In this document: positions 38,522 through 51,998 of the stretch, piece after piece
How the letters are laid out: each line of letters begins with the position of its first letter
Position numbering within the stretch: position 1 is the first letter of the stretch
Source: Octopus sinensis
Taxonomy: Eukaryota
Length of the DNA: 64,000 bases
Direction of reading: 5' to 3'
NCBI RefSeq assembly: GCF_006345805.1
Contig: NW_021830463.1
Coordinates: forward strand, 5,087 to 69,086
Made by a program: the position numbers and the translations under genes
The notes under the pieces: model-generated
Told to the model about the DNA's origin: nothing
The model's database searches: none
What the model saw: only the letters and a program-made list of their open reading frames with translations

Positions 38522-38910
38522 AGGCGGCGAGCTGGCAGACAAGACACATTGACACGCCGGGCGAAATGGTTAGCTTGTTTTTCGTCTTTCTTTACGTTCT
38601 TAGTTCAAATCCCGCCGAGGTCGACTTTGCTTTTCATCCTTTCGGATTAAGTCGAATATATCGACCCCCGTCCGTAACTGGTACTTATTTAATTGGTGTC
38701 AAGCGATGTTGGTGGTACAAACACAGATACACAAACATATGCACAAACACACACACACACAACACACACACACATTATATATATATATGTACATATATAC
38801 GATGGGCTTCTTTCAGTTTCCGTCTACCAAATCCATTCACAAGGCTCTGGTCGACCCGAGGCTATAGTAGAAACACTTGCCCAAGTTGCCACGCAGTGGG
38901 ACTGAACCCG
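38522..38910. mobile_element. SINE family 2 (+, 38522-38690) abutting a partial family 1 copy (-, 38695-38910)
   Basis: Matches to both families. Confidence 0.7.
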
Positions 38911-39552
38911 GAACAAAAAATAATAATAATAAATTATCTAGAACTTGCTGCCCCCCGGAATGGCTGCAGGCTAGTGACCGAAACAAGTAAAAGAAAAACA
39001 AAAAAAGGAAAGAAAAAGAGGCTCTAATCAAAGTGTGGATAATCCTTTTAATTCCAGACACACGGTTATATCTGAAATTAATTGCAATATTAGGGTCAGG
39101 TAATGAGCCTTTAATTTTATAAATTTATAGAAATGCAACTTGTATAATAATCCTATCTCTTATTTTAAGTCAAAGATGATTTCATTTACACATGAATATG
39201 TTACAAATTTGATCGGTGTGACGATTGAGATTTAAGCGCGGACGAATCTATCCTGAGACGTGCAGTCAACCACATCTATTCTAAATCGTCATTTGATCTA
39301 CCAAAAGCAGTAGTGAAATCATTCTGTAATTCAGTTATAGTAATTAACACCATTCACTACCCACCACCAAAAAGGAACAAGATGAGACTTTAGGTAATAA
39401 ATGTTGGCCTAATTAAGTTCTCCTAAGAATTAATGAACGGTTGGTCTCCTTAATTATAAGACAACGAAGTACCTGTTTTTAAGGGCATGTGCATCTCATT
39501 CTCTCTATCTCTGTCTCTGTCTGTCTGTCTCTCTCTCTCTATATATATATAA

Positions 39553-39604
<52 letters not shown>

Positions 39605-39769
39605 TGTGTGTGTGTGCAGTTGAGGTTATAAGAGATAATGTTGTCATTGAGAACCAAAGGTGTTAGGTAATGCTGAATAAGTGCTATAGACAGACCATAG
39701 TTAAGTTCCAGATTCGGTAATATTGCAAATAAAGGGTTCAATGTTGGTTCTATGTCAGCGTGTGTGTAT

Positions 39770-39900
39770 AAGAATTTTTTTTGCGTAATAAGATAAAAAC
39801 CAAGGCTGTATAGATATTAGAGCATTTATAGATAGAATGTCCTATAAATGCTCTAATATCTACAGACTTGGCTTTTTATCTTATTACGCAAAAAATTCTT
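39770..39900. repeat. Foldback/MITE-like inverted repeat (~60-bp arms, 10-bp spacer)
   Basis: aagaatttt..gcgtaataagataaaaa..agcatttatag and its reverse complement, TA-flanked. Confidence 0.82.
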
Positions 39901-39921
39901 ATATATATATATATATGTATA

Positions 39922-40307
39922 CGAGCAAAAGGCCACCTCCGTCCAACGGACGGTGCTGAGTTGTCAAACATTTAAACCAAATTTTCTCAAAACAACTTGT
40001 CCGACCGTCCCATAGGCCTCCCCTTTGAGAAACACTGATTTAACCTAAATTTGAGATACCAGCAAAAGACGAAATAAAGATAGACATTATTTTCTATTCC
40101 AAGAAAAACGATTTTACAAATGCACGTTCTCACGGCTTTATCGATCGCATTCACACCTGGAATCGATTTTTGTAATTTTTTCAAGACTTATACAGGCCCT
40201 GATACCGTCGATATCTACATATCAAATTTGAGCGCAATCGGATGGAAGATGCCCGCGATCCTAGAAGACACACACACAGACAGACAGAGCGGATTTTATA
40301 TAATAGA
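39922..40307 (-). mobile_element. Non-autonomous Helitron-like element
   Basis: The minus strand starts TCTATTATATAAAA followed by (CTGT)/(GT) repeats. There is a subterminal hairpin ccgtcc-aac-ggacgg. The 3' end is degenerate (CTCG instead of CTAG). Confidence 0.6.
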
Positions 40308-40342
40308 TATATAATACATACATACATACATACATACATATA

Positions 40343-40508
40343 GGCGCAGGAGTGGCTGTGTGGTAAGTAGCTTGCTTACCAACCGCATGGTTTTGGGTTC
40401 AGTTCCACAGCGTGGCACCTTGGGCAAGTGTCTTCTACTATAGCCTCGGGCCGACCAATGCCTTGTGAGTGGATTTGGTAGACGGAAACTGAAAAGAAGC
40501 CCGTTGTA

Positions 40509-40545
<37 letters not shown>

Positions 40546-40706
40546 GTGTATTTTCCCCCTAGCATTGCTTGACAACCGATGCTGGTGTGTTTATGTCCCC
40601 GTTACTTAGCGGTTCGGCAAAAGAGACCGATAGAATAAGTACTGGGCTTACAAAAAGAATAAGTCCCGCAGTCAAAATGTCTGAAACAAGTAAAAGAGTA
40701 AAAGAG
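40343..40706 (+). mobile_element. SINE family 1 with 3' internal deletion
   Basis: The head is intact. The sequence jumps from aagtccc to gcagtcaaaatg. Confidence 0.8.
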
Positions 40707-41671
40707 TATACATACATACATACATACATGTATATAGTACGTATCACGAAATTATTTGAATATTAATTTGTTGGATCACTGCATGAAGAACAACAATTTC
40801 AACAGCAGAAACTGCAGCAGCAGCAACAGCAGCAACGGCGGCTGATGCTGTCTGATAGGAAATATGAAACCAAAGTTGCAGATTGAAAAATCCAACCAAC
40901 CAACCAACCAACCAACCAACCAAGGAACGAACCAACCAGCCAACCGACCGACCGACCGACCAGCCCACCAACCAGTCAACCAACAAACCAACGATTCCAC
41001 CATCACCCCCTGCAACTCTCACTTCTGTCACCACTAACATAAACACAACCCTCACGGCTCTCCGTTTCCAACATGAAACAAACAAACAAAAAAATAATAA
41101 TATAAAATTAAATAACATAAAGTAGAAGAAAAGAAAAGTAACAACAAAGACAAACAAGGGTAAAAAAAAAATAACAATAAAGACAGGAACGTCCATATTG
41201 GATTTTGAATTTTATATTTTGTTTCGTTCTAGTTTAATTATTTTCCTTCCGTTCGTTGAAGAATTATTTTTTTGTAGTATTTAATTTTATTAACTCCCCT
41301 CCCGCCAGCTAATGACCTTAAGTGTCAATAATATTAAAATGTTATTAATTTCAACTATTTTAATCATAATCATTTGATATTTGCTGACAAAGCCATTTTA
41401 TTTCAGTTCAGCTTTAATTCATTCATCATTTATTCAGTTAATTATTTATATAGTAATTATTTAGTTTGTTATTCATTTTATTTATATGTTTATTTTGTTT
41501 GCACTTATCATATTTATTATTGTCACTATTATTATTATCATCATTATTATTATTATTATTATTTTGTCGTATTTGTTACCATTTTTTAAAAAATATTTAT
41601 TTTGGTTTTCGTTTCATGTTTGTTATATTTTTTAAAGTCTGTCAGTTTGTTTTCGTTTATTATTATTATTA

Positions 41672-41738
<67 letters not shown>

Positions 41739-41869
41739 CATTATTATTATTATTGTTATTGTATTTATGCAGATTTTTGTTTTATTTATTTTTGTTATTT
41801 TTCTTCCTGACTGAAACCATATTAATCTATTGCGATTTAGAAGACACACATACACTCACATACACACAC

Positions 41870-41904
<35 letters not shown>

Positions 41905-41926
41905 CGCATATGAATAGATAGTCCTA

Positions 41927-41972
<46 letters not shown>

Positions 41973-42376
41973 CACACATACACACACATATATATATATA
42001 TACATATATTCATTTATATGCATATATATATACATATATATATTTTCCTATCTATGCATATGTATACCTCTCTGTGTGTATATATATATATATATATATG
42101 TATATGCATGAATGTATGTATATATTATATATACACAATCTGCAAATACTCACACGCTATGACAAAACTATGATAATACACATACGCGGAGACAAAGGGG
42201 ATCATACGCATTACCGATACAAAATTACAATGAAACTCAGTCAGAGACACATACACACACACACATAAACACAGACATGCATATCGCACACATACGTGCA
42301 AAAACAAAAACAAAAATTCATATATATACACATACATAGACGCACACGCAGCGCAGTAGCAAAAACTACAAGTATC

Positions 42377-42408
<32 letters not shown>

Positions 42409-43004
42409 AACAATAACAACAAAACAGAAAGAATTCATAATTACAAGCCTGTTTACATTGACAAGTATTACCTGTTTTGAAAATAGCTAATAAACTGTAA
42501 ATTATCGATTCTAAATCAATAATCACTCAGAATGAAATAAACTCATTTTGTAATAATTTTTTTTTTAAACATAATATTTATATTTTGCTTCATATTGTTA
42601 TTTTTTAATTATTATATAATGGCTAACTTGCTTCGGCTTCATTTAATTCTCATTAATTGACACCAGTATATAAAATGAAATAAATAAATATAAAAATAAT
42701 TTGAAATAAAGGAAAAAAAAAATTATCAGAAAACATTCAATACAATGATATTGTATCATTGATGTTCTGTTGATATTATTGATACTATTATCACAGTTGT
42801 TTTTGTTTTTGTTTATCAATAACAAAGAGCTCAACATAGATTTATTTATTTATTTATTTATTTATTTAGTTAGTTAGTTATGTATTTATTTTTTATAGTA
42901 CCAACATCATGATTAGTGATCTGAAATTGTGCGGTATTTATAGACAGTCAAGTGATGGCTACAAACACTAAGCATATATTGTCTTCCAAAGCATAGAAAT
43001 GCGC

Positions 43005-43058
<54 letters not shown>

Positions 43059-43090
43059 TATTTTTTCTCTCCTTGATTTTTTTCTGTGTC

Positions 43091-43128
43091 CCTTTCTGTA
43101 GAAGAGCGTAGGCTCGAAACGTAAAAGA
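43091..43128 (+). ncRNA. Second copy of the A6U hammerhead-like motif
   Basis: CCUUU-CUGUAGA-A-GAGC-GUAG-GCUC-GAAA-CGUA/AAAGA. The flanks (~43060-43220) are homologous to ~2995-3172. Confidence 0.6.
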
Positions 43129-43217
43129 CTTTTCCAAATCCTGAGCGTTTACTAATACATCTGTTTGTTTTTGTACATCACCTGTCTTCCACTTTTGTGT
43201 TTTTTCGTGAACTCTCC

Positions 43218-43274
<57 letters not shown>

Positions 43275-43395
43275 GCACATATTTGTGGCCGCGGTCTTGT
43301 TTTGAGGAATGACGTTGGCCTTGATTTGTGGATCAAGGTACTATTTCATCGTATGAAACCGTTGCGCAGATGTTAATCCTGTAAAATTTCCACCA

Positions 43396-43659
43396 ATGCG
43401 TGTTCACACGGGTTCTCTTTGCCCATACGCATATAGATCATTATGTGAACTTATGAGACTTAAAAGACCACAATTTAATTTAGGTTGGTTGATTCTCTCA
43501 ATCTTGACACTTTATGACAAAGGCAACGAATTCTGTCTTCTCTGTAATTCTGAACTATGTTTTATTCTTTTTTCTAAAACTCCCCTTGTAAACACGGTTA
43601 TAGAGCATGCATACCGATGTAAACATTGGCAGAAACATACCTTTAGTTCATATAATTGA
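43396..43659 (+). pseudogene. 3' fragment of a second, divergent PLE endonuclease
   Basis: FNLGWLIL..Y...CLLCNSE..ILF....LVN...E...CKH..K aligns by eye with FNVTWSIL..Y...CRLCLLEK..ILF....LN..SE...CRH..K of the 10824-11501 product. Confidence 0.7.
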
Positions 43660-43959
43660 TATCTATCATTGTATATAATTTAAACACTTTTTGCGGCAAG
43701 CGAATCGATATTAACCAGTGTCGCATTTCGTAAGACCGTCCGGCAGATATGCACAAGTGCAAATATACACATATACTCCCGTCGACGCACATACAGGAAC
43801 ATATACCACATATTAAGCATATATACATATATGCACATGCATACATACACTCACATATGCGACATATGATATATATATCTATATATATATCTATACATAT
43901 ATATATATATACACGTGCATACAACACATATATATATATATAGATAGATACTTACATAT

Positions 43960-44109
43960 ATACTCTTTTACTCGTTTATTCTATCGTACTCTGTTGCCGA
44001 ACCGGTAAGTTACGGGTACGTAAACACACCAGCATCGTTTGTAAAGCGATGTTGCGGGGGGGACAACACAGACACACAAATATACACACACACACACACA
44101 CGCACACAC

Positions 44110-44177
<68 letters not shown>

Positions 44178-44350
44178 TAGATATATATACATAACATATA
44201 TACGACGGGCTTCTTTCAGTTTCTATCTACCAAATCCACTCGCAATGCTTTGGTCGGCCCGAGGCTATAGTAGAAGACACTTGCCCAAGGTGCCACGCAG
44301 TGAGACTGAACCCGGAACCGTGCGGTTCGTAAGCAACCTACTTACCACTT
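43960..44350 (-). mobile_element. SINE family 1
   Basis: Reverse-complement match. Confidence 0.75.
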
Positions 44351-44797
44351 TTACGGCTATATATATATATATTATATATATATATATATATGTACATCCA
44401 CATACAAATGTCGCAAGTAAGTCTGATTAGGTAATAAACTCAGGCCAGCTCTTCTCTAGCTTTACCAGTACATATCCGTATTTGTGGCTGCTCTGGACGT
44501 GATCTCCCGTTAGCTAAAATACGTTTGTGACATATTTCTAAACAAAAATTTACTGCACTCACCCTAGAGAAAAAAATTCGTGTATGTTAAAAGGTGTAAA
44601 ATAATCATATTCGCTCAGTGTCTTCTCCTAGCGGACTGCTATTTGTGTTTCTAGGTCTCTTGCCTTTCTCAGTAGGAAACAGCGAAAATATATTTTTGCT
44701 CCATGATAAATGCAGTGAATTCCTCTTTGGAGGTAGAAATATGTTACATATTTTAAGTTACATAATGTTCTTATATATATATATATATAGATATTTG

Positions 44798-44845
<48 letters not shown>

Positions 44846-44864
44846 CGTATGCACACATATCTCT

Positions 44865-45368
44865 TTTACTTGTTTCCGTCACTTGACTGTGGCCAGGCTG
44901 GTGCACAGCATTCAGTCGAACACATCGCTAGGACGTAAACTCGCCAACATCTGTTGCCAAGCGATGGTGGGAGGACATACAAAAACATACACACGCACAT
45001 ACTCACACACACACACACATATATATGACGGACTTTCAATTTCCGTCTACCAAATCCTCTCACAAGGCTTTGGTCGACCCGAGGCTATAGTAGAAGACAC
45101 TTGTCCAAGGTGCCACACAGTGGGACTGAACCTGGAACCATGTGGTTGTGAAGCAAGCTACTTACCAGACAGCCAGATTAGCAGAAGAAATTAATGACCA
45201 GTGGATAAGTGTTTAGAAGATAGTTTTGGAAGATACCAAATCCACTTACAAAGCTTTGGTCAACCCGAGGCCACAGTAGAAGACACACAGGTTGCTACGC
45301 AGTGGGACTGAACCCGGGACCATGGGGTTGGCAAGCAAACTACTTACTCCACAGCCCCAACTGTGCCT
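44865..45368 (-). mobile_element. SINE family 1 (44865-45175) plus an extra head fragment (45235-45368)
   Basis: Reverse-complement matches. Confidence 0.7.
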
Positions 45369-46564
45369 AAATCTTTTCTTCATTCGGATTCACATGGCTT
45401 TGCATACACTAGCTAACGATGGAGAATTACTAGAATACTAGCGAATTCACCCTCGAAGCACACTTTCTATTGAAGAGTATAGCTATATATATTATATAAG
45501 GTAGGATGCCCAGGTGTGCACCAACTTTGATCTTGAGAATGGTCCACGAAATTAGAAACAAATACTACAGATACTACTACTTGCTTTGTTACAACGTCTG
45601 CTGCGCAGTATTTCAAGATATGATTCTTTTTAGTGTAATCAGAGAATTGCATAACCATTTGCATATTCTAGGAGCTATCCTTCTTTGTCACCGACTAATT
45701 ACAAAATCACCTGCTACGTTTGGAGCAGTTGATAATTCCTAGTGTTTGATTTTATTTTGTGTATTTGACTTCTGATATAGACCAGGGCATGTCAATTGTG
45801 TTTTTAATATTCTGTTTGCACCGAATACGAAAGATTGGTCTTCTTTTTATAGTTTTCTTCCGAAGCGTGTCTCTTCCCGAGAGTCTATAGGCTGCCTATG
45901 CATTACTAATGACAGCCAGTGGGGAACCATCTTAAATACTTGGATGCTCAAAGATTCTGTGTCCTGTAGCCATATTGTACTACTGGCATTTAACAAAGTC
46001 TTTACCATTTAGTAAAGCACCTCTGCGACGCCTTTGGTAATGTATGTACATACAGATGTATAGCGGTCTAATAGAAAAATTACTTCACTTACATGTACAT
46101 CAATGTGGTGGCTTAAATCTGAGGATTATGTATCTGAGATTATTTTATGAATTCTGTGTGACAATGCATTGGTATTTCTTTGCTATTCAATTTGCTTATA
46201 TGATGCGCGTGCGAGCAGAGTATGCAAGTGCCGTCTTTAATGTATGAATATTATGTTTGTTATGTACGAGTAGTTGAACACATCGATTCTTGTAATACCA
46301 GCAGTGATGTTTGTTTCGGATTTTGTCATGTCAGACGAAATCGAGCATCAGAATATGGATATTTGAAAAGTATTAGTTAAGTCTGATCACAAATGCATTT
46401 ACTTTATCTACCGTACGCCATTTTTATATTTACTTAAGCTTATTCCGCAAAACATTTCAGTTTTAAACTGCTCGTAATTACCAATGCAACTTCCAATCTC
46501 CAAATTCTTTTCTTTCTTTCCTATTCAAATACTAGAGCACGCATACAACAACAAGCACATTTAC

Positions 46565-46601
<37 letters not shown>

Positions 46602-46839
46602 TATATTATATATATAATTATATATATATATATATATCTATGTAAATGTATTTCTTGAACCTATACCTATTGTTATATGTATATAAATATGAATGGAAAT
46701 TGGCATTTTATGATCTTTCCGTGGATGATAGCTTTAAAATGTTGCTTGTCTCTCATAAACTATCATTTTGTTGTTGAATAGAATTTGACATAAACAGTTT
46801 TGTGCAGTAAAATTTATTACCTCTTCACGGTCATACAGG

Positions 46840-47025
46840 GACCTCTAAATAAATTTATATACATACGTACACACACGTTCACATAGATACACATTTATAA
46901 ACTCATATATGTAAGTACGTAGATAAACACTACATGTATACGTATCAATACACACACACACACACACACACAAACACACATATATATATGTATGTATGTA
47001 TGTATGTATATATTTGTCCATGTAT

Positions 47026-47077
<52 letters not shown>

Positions 47078-47246
47078 GTATATATATATGCATATATATA
47101 TATATGTGTATACATACACAAACACACACACATACATATATATATGTATGTATGTATATATGTGTCGATGCATGTATATATATATGTATATGTGTATATA
47201 TATATATGCATATATATATATATGTGTGTGTGTGTATACATACACA

Positions 47247-47298
<52 letters not shown>

Positions 47299-47616
47299 CA
47301 TATATGTATTTATATATATATATACACACACACCTAAATGTGTGTACGTAGAGTCACAAAAGGTAAAAACAGAAAGAAGACAATTGAAAGTAGATGAGTT
47401 TCTCTGAATCTCAATTAACTTCGAAATTACCATAAACCATACAAACAAAAGCACTTCAATAAGATTTACATTTACGATTCACCTTAAAGCAGGAATGCTA
47501 TTGATTTTTTCAGGGCAACAGATATGTTCCCCGCGCACTCTTCACCCCCCTCTCTCTCTCTCTCACTGCATATACATAACATAGTTAGTATATATATATA
47601 CATACACTATATATAT

Positions 47617-47666
<50 letters not shown>

Positions 47667-47804
47667 GCATATATATATGTGTGCGGTGTGTGCATGTGTG
47701 TATGTATAATATATATTTGTGTGTGTTTGTCTGTGGAAATATATATATCCCACATATATATATGCTTCTGTGTGTATATGTGTGTATTATATATATAGGC
47801 ATAT

Positions 47805-47835
<31 letters not shown>

Positions 47836-48062
47836 ATATATATATATAAAGGCATATATATATATATACATACATACATAAATGCATACATATATACATA
47901 CATACACGCCCACACACATATGTTTTTGCACATATATGTGTGTATGTGTTTCTGTTAATATTGTGCGTATTATATATATCTTTCTGTGTGTATGTATGCA
48001 TATTATATATTATATATAGGCAGATACATATACAACATACATACATACATATATATATATAT

Positions 48063-48105
<43 letters not shown>

Positions 48106-48135
48106 ATATATATATGTAATATTATAATATATAGT
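46840..48135. repeat. Compound (TA)n/(CA)n/(TG)n microsatellite block
   Basis: Seen directly. Similar blocks lie at 19750-20120, 41820-42450 and 55430-56660. Confidence 0.9.
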
Positions 48136-48147
48136 ATATATGTATCT

Positions 48148-48535
48148 TCTTTTATTTGTTTCAGGTCATTTGACTGCGGTCATGCTGGAGCGCCACTTTT
48201 ACTCGAACAAATCGACCCCAGGATCTATTCTTTGTAAGCGTAGCATTTATCATACCGATCTCTTGTGCTGAACCGCAAAATCACTCGAACGTAAACACAC
48301 CAACATCGGTTGTCAAGCGTTGGTGGATGGAAAAACACAGACGCACACAAACACACTCACACACATACCTATGTATGTTGGGCTTCTTTCAGTTTCCGTC
48401 TACCAAATACACTCACAATGCTTTGATCGGTTAGAGGCTATAGTTGAAGACACTTGCACAAAGTGACACGCAGTGGGACTGAACCAGGGACTATGTGTTT
48501 GGAAGCATCTTTTCACACAGCCACGCCTGCGCCTA
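48148..48535 (-). mobile_element. SINE family 1, full length
   Basis: Reverse-complement match ending in cctgcgcc. Confidence 0.8.
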
Positions 48536-48689
48536 TGTATATATGTATGAGATTATGAATTTAATTCACGGACCACCAGTTTCATCTTTGCGGTCCACCA
48601 GTTTGGGAATCACTGATCCAGAGTAAATATTTATAAGGAAGCACCATAATGAAAACCACGAGCGCAACAGTTATTTAAAATTTCTGGAC

Positions 48690-49082
48690 GAGTGGTTGTG
48701 TGGTAAGTAGCTTGTTTACCAACCACATGGTTCCGGGTTCAGTCCCACTGCGTGGCATCTTGGGCAAGTGTCTTCTGCTATAGCCCCGGGCCGATCAATG
48801 CCTTGTGAGTGGATTTGGTAGACGGAAACTGAAAGAAGCCTGTCGTATATATGTATATATATATATATGTGTGTGTGTTTGTGTGTCTGTGTTTGTCCCC
48901 CTAGCATTGCTTGACAACCGATGCTGTGTGTTTATGTCCCCGTTACTTAGAGGTTCGGCAAAAGCGACCGATAGAATAAGTACTGGGCTAACAAAAGAAT
49001 AAGTCCCGGTGTCGAGTTGCTCGATTAAAGGCGGTGCTCCAGCATGGCCGCAGTCAAATGACTGAAACAAGTAAAAGAGTAA
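48690..49082 (+). mobile_element. SINE family 1, near full length
   Basis: Consensus-like head and tail. Confidence 0.85.
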
Positions 49083-49582
49083 AAAAAAGAGAATGATGTT
49101 CGAAGACGTCAAAATTGACAACTGACAATATGAGAATTAATGATGATCGAAATTGCATACTGATTCGTTTGTGTAATTATTCAAAACGTGAGGATTACTG
49201 AAACAACGGAGCAATAGAACTGTGAGGCGTGTTTTCATAGCAAACCCATTTAGCTCTGAGCATTTGATCCGCTTGACAGAGATTTGACTATTCGCTGATG
49301 CCATCACTGAAATCATAGCGAATTGAAGTGTTATTTAATGACTGGTACTTGCGTTGGGAAGCAACCACAGGTAATTGCCCTGGGATGAGTAGTGTCTCTA
49401 ATATTATATATATATATATTATATATATATTATATATATAATATATATATATACATGAGTGTATTTTTCCCTTGTTACAACAATTAACACAGCAAAATAG
49501 ATACCAGGGTAGAAAAAAAATCAGACAAGAGGTTGTAACTCCTTTTCTGTTAAAATGCCTTATTGACGAGTTTCATTTCTTC

Positions 49583-49670
49583 ACTTCCCTGAAGAGAAGA
49601 TTACATTTTTTTGCATCATTTATTCCCTTGGAATAATATCAGTGAAATCTTCGAAACATGTGTCGGAAGT
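49583..49670 (+). ncRNA. Hammerhead ribozyme with canonical core and long stem-loop II
   Basis: ACUUCC-CUGAAGA-GAAGAUU-(43-nt insert with UAUUCC/GGAAUA hairpin)-AAUCUUC-GAAA-CAUGUGUC/GGAAGU. It has a 6-bp stem I, a 7-bp stem II, a self-complementary stem III and a GUC triplet. Confidence 0.75.
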
Positions 49671-49860
49671 AAAAGTTTTTGAATTATACCTTCGTTAAAC
49701 TCTATATGTATAAGCGCGTTTTCGGCACTTTCGCATTGTTGTTCACCGAGAGATGACGATACTGCTGTTTTAACCCCAGAAAGACATATCCAGCTAATTT
49801 AAAAAGTTCGCTTTCGCATTCGATATTGAGTGCAAGCGGGAAAGAACTCCTGTCAAGCTA

Positions 49861-49920
49861 GTACCCAGGACATGAGACCACGTGATTTCGATCTTATCGA
49901 ACCTCTTCAGTGGTAGGTAC
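49861..49920 (-). ncRNA. Hammerhead ribozyme candidate with canonical core and weak proximal stem I
   Basis: GUACCUACCA-CUGAAGA-GGUU-CGAUAA-GAUC-GAAA-UCACGUGGUC/UCAUGUCCUGGGUAC. Stem III is near-palindromic and the distal stem I has 7 bp, but only 1 bp pairs next to the core. Confidence 0.45.
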
Positions 49921-50025
49921 TCGTTTTCCAGGCATAGCAGAAGTCTAACCTTGCTGGCAATGTATTGAAAATACAGTGTCCTGCAATCCCTGATTATGTA
50001 ACTAGGAAGCTAGTCCGTCAGAAAA

Positions 50026-50028
<3 letters not shown>

Positions 50029-50121
<93 letters not shown>

Positions 50122-50139
50122 GTCTGTCTGTCTATCTAA

Positions 50140-50172
<33 letters not shown>

Positions 50173-50268
50173 GATCCATCTATCTATCTATCCATCTCTC
50201 TCTCTCTCTCATCTATCTGTATGTCTACCTGTCTGTCTGTCTATCTGTCTATCTATCTATCTGTCTAG

Positions 50269-50312
<44 letters not shown>

Positions 50313-50751
50313 TTATCATCTATAGAAATTGAAAACAGAGGGTTACCCACTTACAAACAAATGTGGTAACATAATAACAATATTGACCAAGGTTACCGTG
50401 GTCTTTTCCGTAGGCTTTTCTTCCCACGGATAAACCTTACTTGCTTTCCCCTTTACACCATATATCATAACACTGTGATACACGATCCCTATTGATCATT
50501 CCTTTTTTTTCCCCTTTTTCTTCTTTTGTTCCTTTCCCTTTCTTTCTTTTTTCTTTTATTCTTTTTATTTTTTATTCTATTTTTTTTTCTTTTTTTCTTT
50601 TTTTTGTTCTTTTCTTCCCTTTTACGATCCCTCTTGATCGAAAACCTACGCCACCCCCTTTTTTTTCATTCCCCAAAAGAAAAGCTCTACCTTGTAACTT
50701 GTCCCATCTGTGTGCAGCCCTGTGTGGCCAATAAAGAAACTTATCTATCTA

Positions 50752-50794
<43 letters not shown>

Positions 50795-50871
50795 CACGTT
50801 GTTCTGCGATCACTTCAACACTTCGACATTCGGTACATCTATCTATCTATCTATCTGTCTATCTATCTATC

Positions 50872-50924
<53 letters not shown>

Positions 50925-51005
50925 CTATCTATATTATATATATATATATATTATATATATATATTAATATATATAATATATATATATATATATATCTAAC
51001 TATCA

Positions 51006-51050
<45 letters not shown>

Positions 51051-51162
51051 CATCTCTCTCTCTCTCTCTCTCTCTCAATCTATCTATCTATCTGTCTGCC
51101 TGTCTGTCTGTCTATCTCTCTATCTAGCTGTCTGTCTATCTGTCTGTCTATCAATCTATCCA

Positions 51163-51193
<31 letters not shown>

Positions 51194-51240
51194 CACGTTG
51201 TTCTGCGATCACTTCGACACTTTGACATTCGGTACATCGA
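50029..51240. repeat. (ATCT)n/(GTCT)n tetranucleotide arrays with T-rich spacer
   Basis: Seen directly. Confidence 0.9.
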
Positions 51241-51599
51241 ATGACTACTGAAACCGATATTATTACCTAATCAGATTATTAATGAGGCTCTAATGGAGTG
51301 AATGGATCAATTCTTAACTATTTATTTTAAGCAATCAAACCTTCTCTGCTTCCCCTGTTTGGTTGTAATCCACATAACATCTGTATATTTTCTATATCCT
51401 ACCATTTATACCACAATCCATTATTCGAAGACACATCATGATACACAATTTCAAATCATTATCATACCAGTTTCGCATCCATAAAGAGGAAACTTTATCT
51501 CTTTCTAACCATCTTTACGTTATGCAACGCTACCTATCCGCCGTTTTTGCTGTCAGTATAGGACTACATACAAGACATATAAGATGCTGGTAGTATAGA

Positions 51600-51998
51600 A
51601 CTTTTCTACTCTTGGCACAAGGCCCGAAATTTTTGGGAAGTGGGACTGTCGATTAGCTCGACCTCATTACACAACTGCTATTTAATTTATCGACCTCGAA
51701 GGGATGAAAGGCAAAGTTGACCTCGGGGGAATTTGAAGTCAGAACGTAAAGACAGACGAAATACCTATTTCTTTACTACCCACAAGGGGCTAAACACAGA
51801 GAGGACAAACAAGGACAGACAAATGGATTACGTCGATTACATCGAACCCAGTGCGTAACTGGTACTTATTGAATCGACTCCGAAAGGATGAAAGGCAAAG
51901 TCGACCTCGGGGGAATTTGAACTCAGAACGTAACGGCAGACGAAATACCGCTGAGCATTTCGCCCTGTGTGCTAACGTTTCTGCCAGCTCGCCGCCAT
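51600..51998 (-). mobile_element. SINE family 2, dimeric
   Basis: Two body units joined by gacgaaatacctatttctttact. Confidence 0.8.
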
